Source: Eledone cirrhosa
Taxonomy: Eukaryota
Assembly: GCA_964016885.1 (NCBI GenBank)
Contig: CAXHJY010000051.1
Location: 1-64,000 of the forward strand
Direction of reading: 5' to 3'
DNA length: 64,000 nt
The position numbers and the translations under genes are program-made. The notes beneath the pieces are model-generated. The model searched no databases, was not told the DNA's origin, and saw only the letters and a list, made by a program, of their open reading frames with translations. Position 1 is the stretch's first letter. Every line of letters starts with the position of its first letter. This document shows positions 58,982-64,000 of the stretch, in pieces.

Positions 58982-59083
58982 GTATGTGTTTATATATATA
59001 TATATATATATACAAAGATACATACACAGCCACATCTATCTCTCTCTCTCTATAAATATATATACATACATACATACACAGAC

Positions 59084-59208
<125 letters not shown>

Positions 59209-59734
59209 CATATACACAGACGCATCTATATATGTTGATACTGGATCTTCAGTGACTTTTCAACATTTCCCGTTCTACATCTTTTTTCTGTGAATCAGAA
59301 TGAAACAGTTCTAATCTTGTATGAGCTATTTCTATACGATCACACACACACACACACATACACATACATTATACATACATACACACACACATATATATAT
59401 ATATATATAGTTTCATATATGAAACTATTATTATTAGAATGATACTCTGCCCTACGGTTAAGCCTCTACCTTTTCGATGGCAAATGGTTCAAGTCTACGT
59501 ATTCGAGGCCGCTGCTTTTGAATGGCTGGAGTGGAAATATGTATGTATGTACGTATATATATATATATATATATATACATACATACAAGTATGTGTTTAT
59601 ATATATAATTATATATTTATATATATATATATATATGTGTGTATATGTATATATATACATATGTGTATAAGTACATATATATATACATATGTGTATATGT
59701 ATATATACATATACACATATATGTATATATACAG

Positions 59735-60590
59735 ACTACAGCCTTCCGTCTGCCATCCTGACCACAGGACCAGCCCATCACATCTGGTTTATATGCAACA
59801 TCAGGTGTGAAAGAGGACCGATTGGTCTTTAGGATTTGTCGAATACACTGATGAAACCTTTCCAGCTGCCTGATGTGATGCCTGTAAGTTGTCCACGTTT
59901 CACATCTGTCCTACAGGTCTGTAAGAAGACAGGCCCATACACAGAGAGCTTTGTGCATTTCATGATACCCCGATCTAACCAGACTAGCTTCTTAAGCTTC
60001 TCGAAGGCAAGCCACGCTTTCACAACCCTGTGATTTATTTCAGCATCGAAGCTATCATCTCTATTAAGTGTACTTACGAGATACACAAAGCTGTCCACCA
60101 TCCCAAGTCTTTTTCCCGCCTCATGGAAATGTAGGTCTCCACATACACATCCCCAACTGGTGGCATTGAAGTTCACTTTTGCTTTCATATTTTGATGGAG
60201 GTTCTGAATATTCCAACAAATTCAGAAGGGCATCCAGGTTTCCCCAATATGACCCACAATGCACTACGATTAACAGTATCAAAGGTTTTGGTAAGGTTCT
60301 CAAATACTTCGTACAGAGGTATTCACTGTTCAACACGTTTCTCCATAATCTGACCAACTAAGAAAATCATGTCCACCGTACTCCACCCAGCTCTAAATCA
60401 ACACTGAGTCACGGGGAGGGCACAAGGGAAGATCCGTTTTATTAGACGATTAAGCAGGACCTTGGATAAGACTTTTGCTACCGATTCGACTTATACCACG
60501 ATAATCACCGCTTTCAGACTTGGAACCTTTGCCCTTGGAAATCGACATCAAAATTGCTTCTACGCAGTCTTGCGAGACAGGGTCACATGA
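59735..60590 (-). mobile_element. Decayed RTE-clade reverse transcriptase fragments
   Basis: FRAGWSTVDMIF...LTKTFDTVNRSALWVILGK, and VDSFVYLVSTL...DAEINHRVVKAWLAFEKLKKLVW. Stops, frameshifts and an internal deletion. Confidence 0.85.
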
Positions 60591-60909
60591 CATTGGTTTG
60601 TCCATCAGGCTGTCAAACTATCTAGGTGTCCATCAGTCTGACTACTTGCCAGTCAATCTCTTCTGCCTTTCTGTCAGTGTGTCTGTCTGTGTCTGTGTGT
60701 CTGTCTGTGTCTGTGTGTCTGTCTGTCTGTGTCTGTATGTCTGTGTGTCTCTGTCTGTGTCTGTATGTCTGTCTGTCTGTCTGTGTCTGTATTAATAGAA
60801 TCCTAAAGAGAGATAACTCGTCCCCTGTGTTATCCGGTCTTTACCGAAATATAGATTCACATCTACCAATAAAAGTTCTTTCTAATATAGAAACAACTCA
60901 TATTAATCT

Positions 60910-61615
60910 TCTTTGTAGGCGATGGATCTCCGTTGATTTCGACGATGATTATTCCAGTTTTTTCGACCAAGGGTACAGCCTGTTCATGAAATTAACGCGT
61001 GATTGACAGAACATTCGACAACGTTATTCTCAACGAGATTCAACATGGCGTATAGTGTGTATGACAAGGATGACCCTTTGAACCACAAATATTTGCCGAC
61101 GACCGAAATCTGAATGGAGAATGCAGCAAAGAATAACGAAATGAAATAGAAGCCATATTCTATTCCTCAACAGTCTATTGGTTTTAGAATACAATTTTGG
61201 TGAGTTCAGATATGGTGTGGAAACTGAGAAATGTAAGTATGATTCTCAGCAAAACGGTAAACGAATTGATTTATTCATTAATTTAAACGTCCGTAAGGAG
61301 TTAGTAAGCCATATCAGACTAGAGGTATCTCTAAAAAAATGTCTAAAGTTTTTTCTTAAGACTATAGGCTCCTCAGGTCGGTGTTATCTCGTTTCCCATG
61401 GCGTTAAGAGACTGACAGTACACCACCTCTCCCTCACCCACTAGGAGATAGCACTAGTACATTGCTGGGTTCAACACCCAGCAATTGCTCGTACTTATTC
61501 TCAGCTGAGCAACGTGAAATGAAGTGTTTTGCTCAAGAACACAACAAAAAACCCAATCCAGGAATCGAACCCACGACATTATGAGCGTAGGTTCAACGCC
61601 TTAACCACTAGGCCA
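60910..61615 (-). mobile_element. CORE-type SINE remnants (60910-61085, 61345-61615)
   Basis: CAGCTGAGCAACGTGAAATGAAGTGTTTTGCTCAAGAACACAAC...GGAATCGAACCC. Confidence 0.65.
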
Positions 61616-61754
61616 CTGTATGATACTCCTTATAAATGTTGCTACTTTAGACGGCCATTTGATACCATTTGATAGTAGTGTAGGAAACTTCCCAGTGTGG
61701 GGAGGTATTGAAAAGAAGTGGAGGATACTTAATAGTGGAGGATGGGGACATCAC

Positions 61755-62340
61755 GTGACAGGAAGTAGATATAATGTGACAGAGGAAGTAGACATGTGAC
61801 AGAGGAAGTAGATACCATGTGATACCAGAAGTAGACATGTGGCAGCTGTAGTAGACAACATGTGACAGAGGAAGTAAATATCATGTGACAGAGGAAGTAG
61901 ACAACATGTGACAGGAAGTAGACAACATGTGACAGAGGAAGTAGATATCATGTGATACCAGAAGTAAACATGTGACAGCTGAAGTAGACATCATGTGACA
62001 GAGGAAGTAGATATCATGTGACAGAGGAAGTAGATATCATGTGACAGAGGAAGTAGATATCATGTGATACCAGAAGTAGATATCATGTGACAGAGGAAGT
62101 AGATATCATGTGACAGAGGAAGTAGATATTATGTGACAGAGGAAGTAGATATCATGTGATACCAGAAGTAGACATGTGACAGGAAGTAAATATCATGTGA
62201 CAGAGGAAGTAGATATCATGTGACAGAGGAAGTAGATATCATGTGACAGAGGAAGTAGATATCATGTGACAGAGGAAGTAGACATGTGACAGCTGAATTG
62301 GACAACATGTGACAGAGGAAGTAGACATGTGAGAGTGGGC
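61755..62340 (+). repeat. Minisatellite of about 23 bp, ATGTGACAGAGGAAGTAGATATC
   Basis: Read directly. Confidence 0.93.
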
Positions 62341-62419
62341 GTTGGACATCATGTGAGAGTAGTGGTGGACATTTGACGGAGGTCATGGTGGTGGGGATTT
62401 GACAGGTGATGTTATGTGA

Positions 62420-63230
62420 ACATTTGACAGATAAGGTGGGTATTTAACAGAGTTGATGTGGGTATTTGACAGAGTTGATGTGGGTATTTGACAGAGATGA
62501 GGTGGGTATTTGACAGAGATGAGGTGGGTATTTGACAGAGATGAGGTGGGTATTTGACAGAGTTGAGGTGGGTATTTGACAGAGTTGAGGTGGGTATTTG
62601 ACAGAGTTGAGGTGGGTATTTGACAGAGTTGAGGTGGGTATTTGACAGAGATGAGGTGGGTATTTGACAGAGATGAGGTGGGTATTTGACAGATGAGGTG
62701 CGTATTTGACAGAGTTGAGGTGGGTATTTGACAGAGTTGAGGTGGGTATTTGACAGATGAGGTGGGTATTTGACAGAGTTGAGGTAGGTATTTGACAGAG
62801 TTGAGGTGGGTATTTGACAGAGATGAGGTGGGTATTTGACAGAGCTGAGGTGGGTATTTGACAGATGAGGTGCGTATTTGACAGATGAGGTGGGTATTTG
62901 ACAGAGTTGAGGTGGGTATTTGACAGAGTTGAGGTGGGTATTTGACAGACGAGGTGGGTATTTGACAGAGTTGAGGTGGGTATTTGACAGAGTTGAGGTG
63001 GGTATTTGACAGAGTTGAGGTGGGTATTTGACAGAGATGAGGTGGGTATTTGACAGAGTTGAGGTGGGTATTTGACAGAGATGAGGTGGGTATTTGACAG
63101 AGATGAGGTGGGTATTTGACAGAGATTAGGTGTGTATTTGACAATGTTGAGGTGGGTATTTGACAGTGTTGAGGTGGGTATTTGACAGATAGGTGGGTAT
63201 TTGACAGAGTTGAGGTGGGTATTTGACAGA
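62420..63230 (+). repeat. Minisatellite of about 22 bp, GAGGTGGGTATTTGACAGAGTT
   Basis: Read directly. Confidence 0.95.
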
Positions 63231-63368
63231 TGATGATGGTAGTGGTCATTTGAGAATGGATATAATCATTTAATGGCGATGGTGCGGTGGGCAATGTCGG
63301 AGAATATTTAACAAAGATGGTGGATATAGAAAGTCTAATTCTCTCTCTGTATATATATATAGAATAAG

Positions 63369-63623
63369 AAAATGCGAAGTAGTTTCAGATGTTAAAGTCC
63401 GTTAATAATAATGTGGTGATACATATTTCAATGACGACAGTGGCCACACGATTCCGTGTACCCAGTTCCGTGACATCATCAGGCAGCTTCTTACATAATA
63501 ATGTTACGTCTGATGATGTCACGACACTGGATACACGGAATCGTGTGGCCACTGTCGTCATTGAAATATGTATCACAGCATTATCATTAACGGACTTTAA
63601 CATCTGAAACTACTTCACATTTT
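63369..63623. ncRNA. Inverted pair of type I HHR motifs with long stem II (family E)
   Basis: Plus strand: CTGATGA 63510-16, 46-nt stem II, GAAAT-ATGT-ATC (63563-74), ACAGC. Minus core at 63476-82 is preceded by GCTGC. Confidence 0.65.
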
Positions 63624-64000
63624 TCAAGACTGGTACCTATTTTGTCAAACTGCTCAGTCGCGGAACATAAACATAGACATAGGCACATACAAACACATAA
63701 ACACATAAACACACATATATTTATCTATGAACGTAACGTACATACGAAGGAAGTCTGCATTGGTCAACCCAAGGTTTACAGTAAAACAAACACACTTGTC
63801 CAAATTGGTCTGCAGAGAGAATTAACCCTGAAACCTCGTATTTGCGAAGCGAACTCCTGACCACACAACCATGCCTGAACACACCTTCATTCAGAGTTCT
63901 CGTTATTGAATTCGACACAAGAGGCAACAGGAGGAGTAGGATGTGGTGGTGGTGGAGGAAGAGGAGGGGGGATGGTGAAAAAAGGAAGAGGAGAAGGAAG

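Noticed and set aside
62383-63294. 303-aa repetitive ORF
   Set aside because: A 22-bp minisatellite read through cycling frames.
63385-63607. Two nearly identical antiparallel 72-aa ORFs
   Set aside because: A by-product of the family E inverted repeat.

Overview
Eukaryotic, apparently gene-poor DNA that is very rich in (TA)n, (CA)n and trinucleotide repeats. The SINE and LINE repertoire suggests an octopod cephalopod (inference). I found no intact protein-coding gene. Nearly all ORF-track entries are translations of simple repeats, and the only recognisable coding remnants are decayed transposons: a DD37D/maT transposase, Tx1/L1-type ORF1 plus APE, and RTE, R4/Dong and CR1-like fragments. 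The main signal is non-coding. A near-identical 476-bp tandem array (21656-25320) carries one complete minimal type I hammerhead ribozyme (HHR) per unit, with a palindromic stem III and a long extended stem I. Its 5' part is inverted, with the breakpoint inside the ribozyme, and both ends lie in (TA)n. This resembles a retrozyme or Penelope-derived element copied from a circular or multimeric RNA. At least six other short repeat families carry complete, degenerate or half HHR motifs, usually as fold-back inverted pairs in (TA)n. All structures were paired by eye and no cleavage activity is demonstrated.
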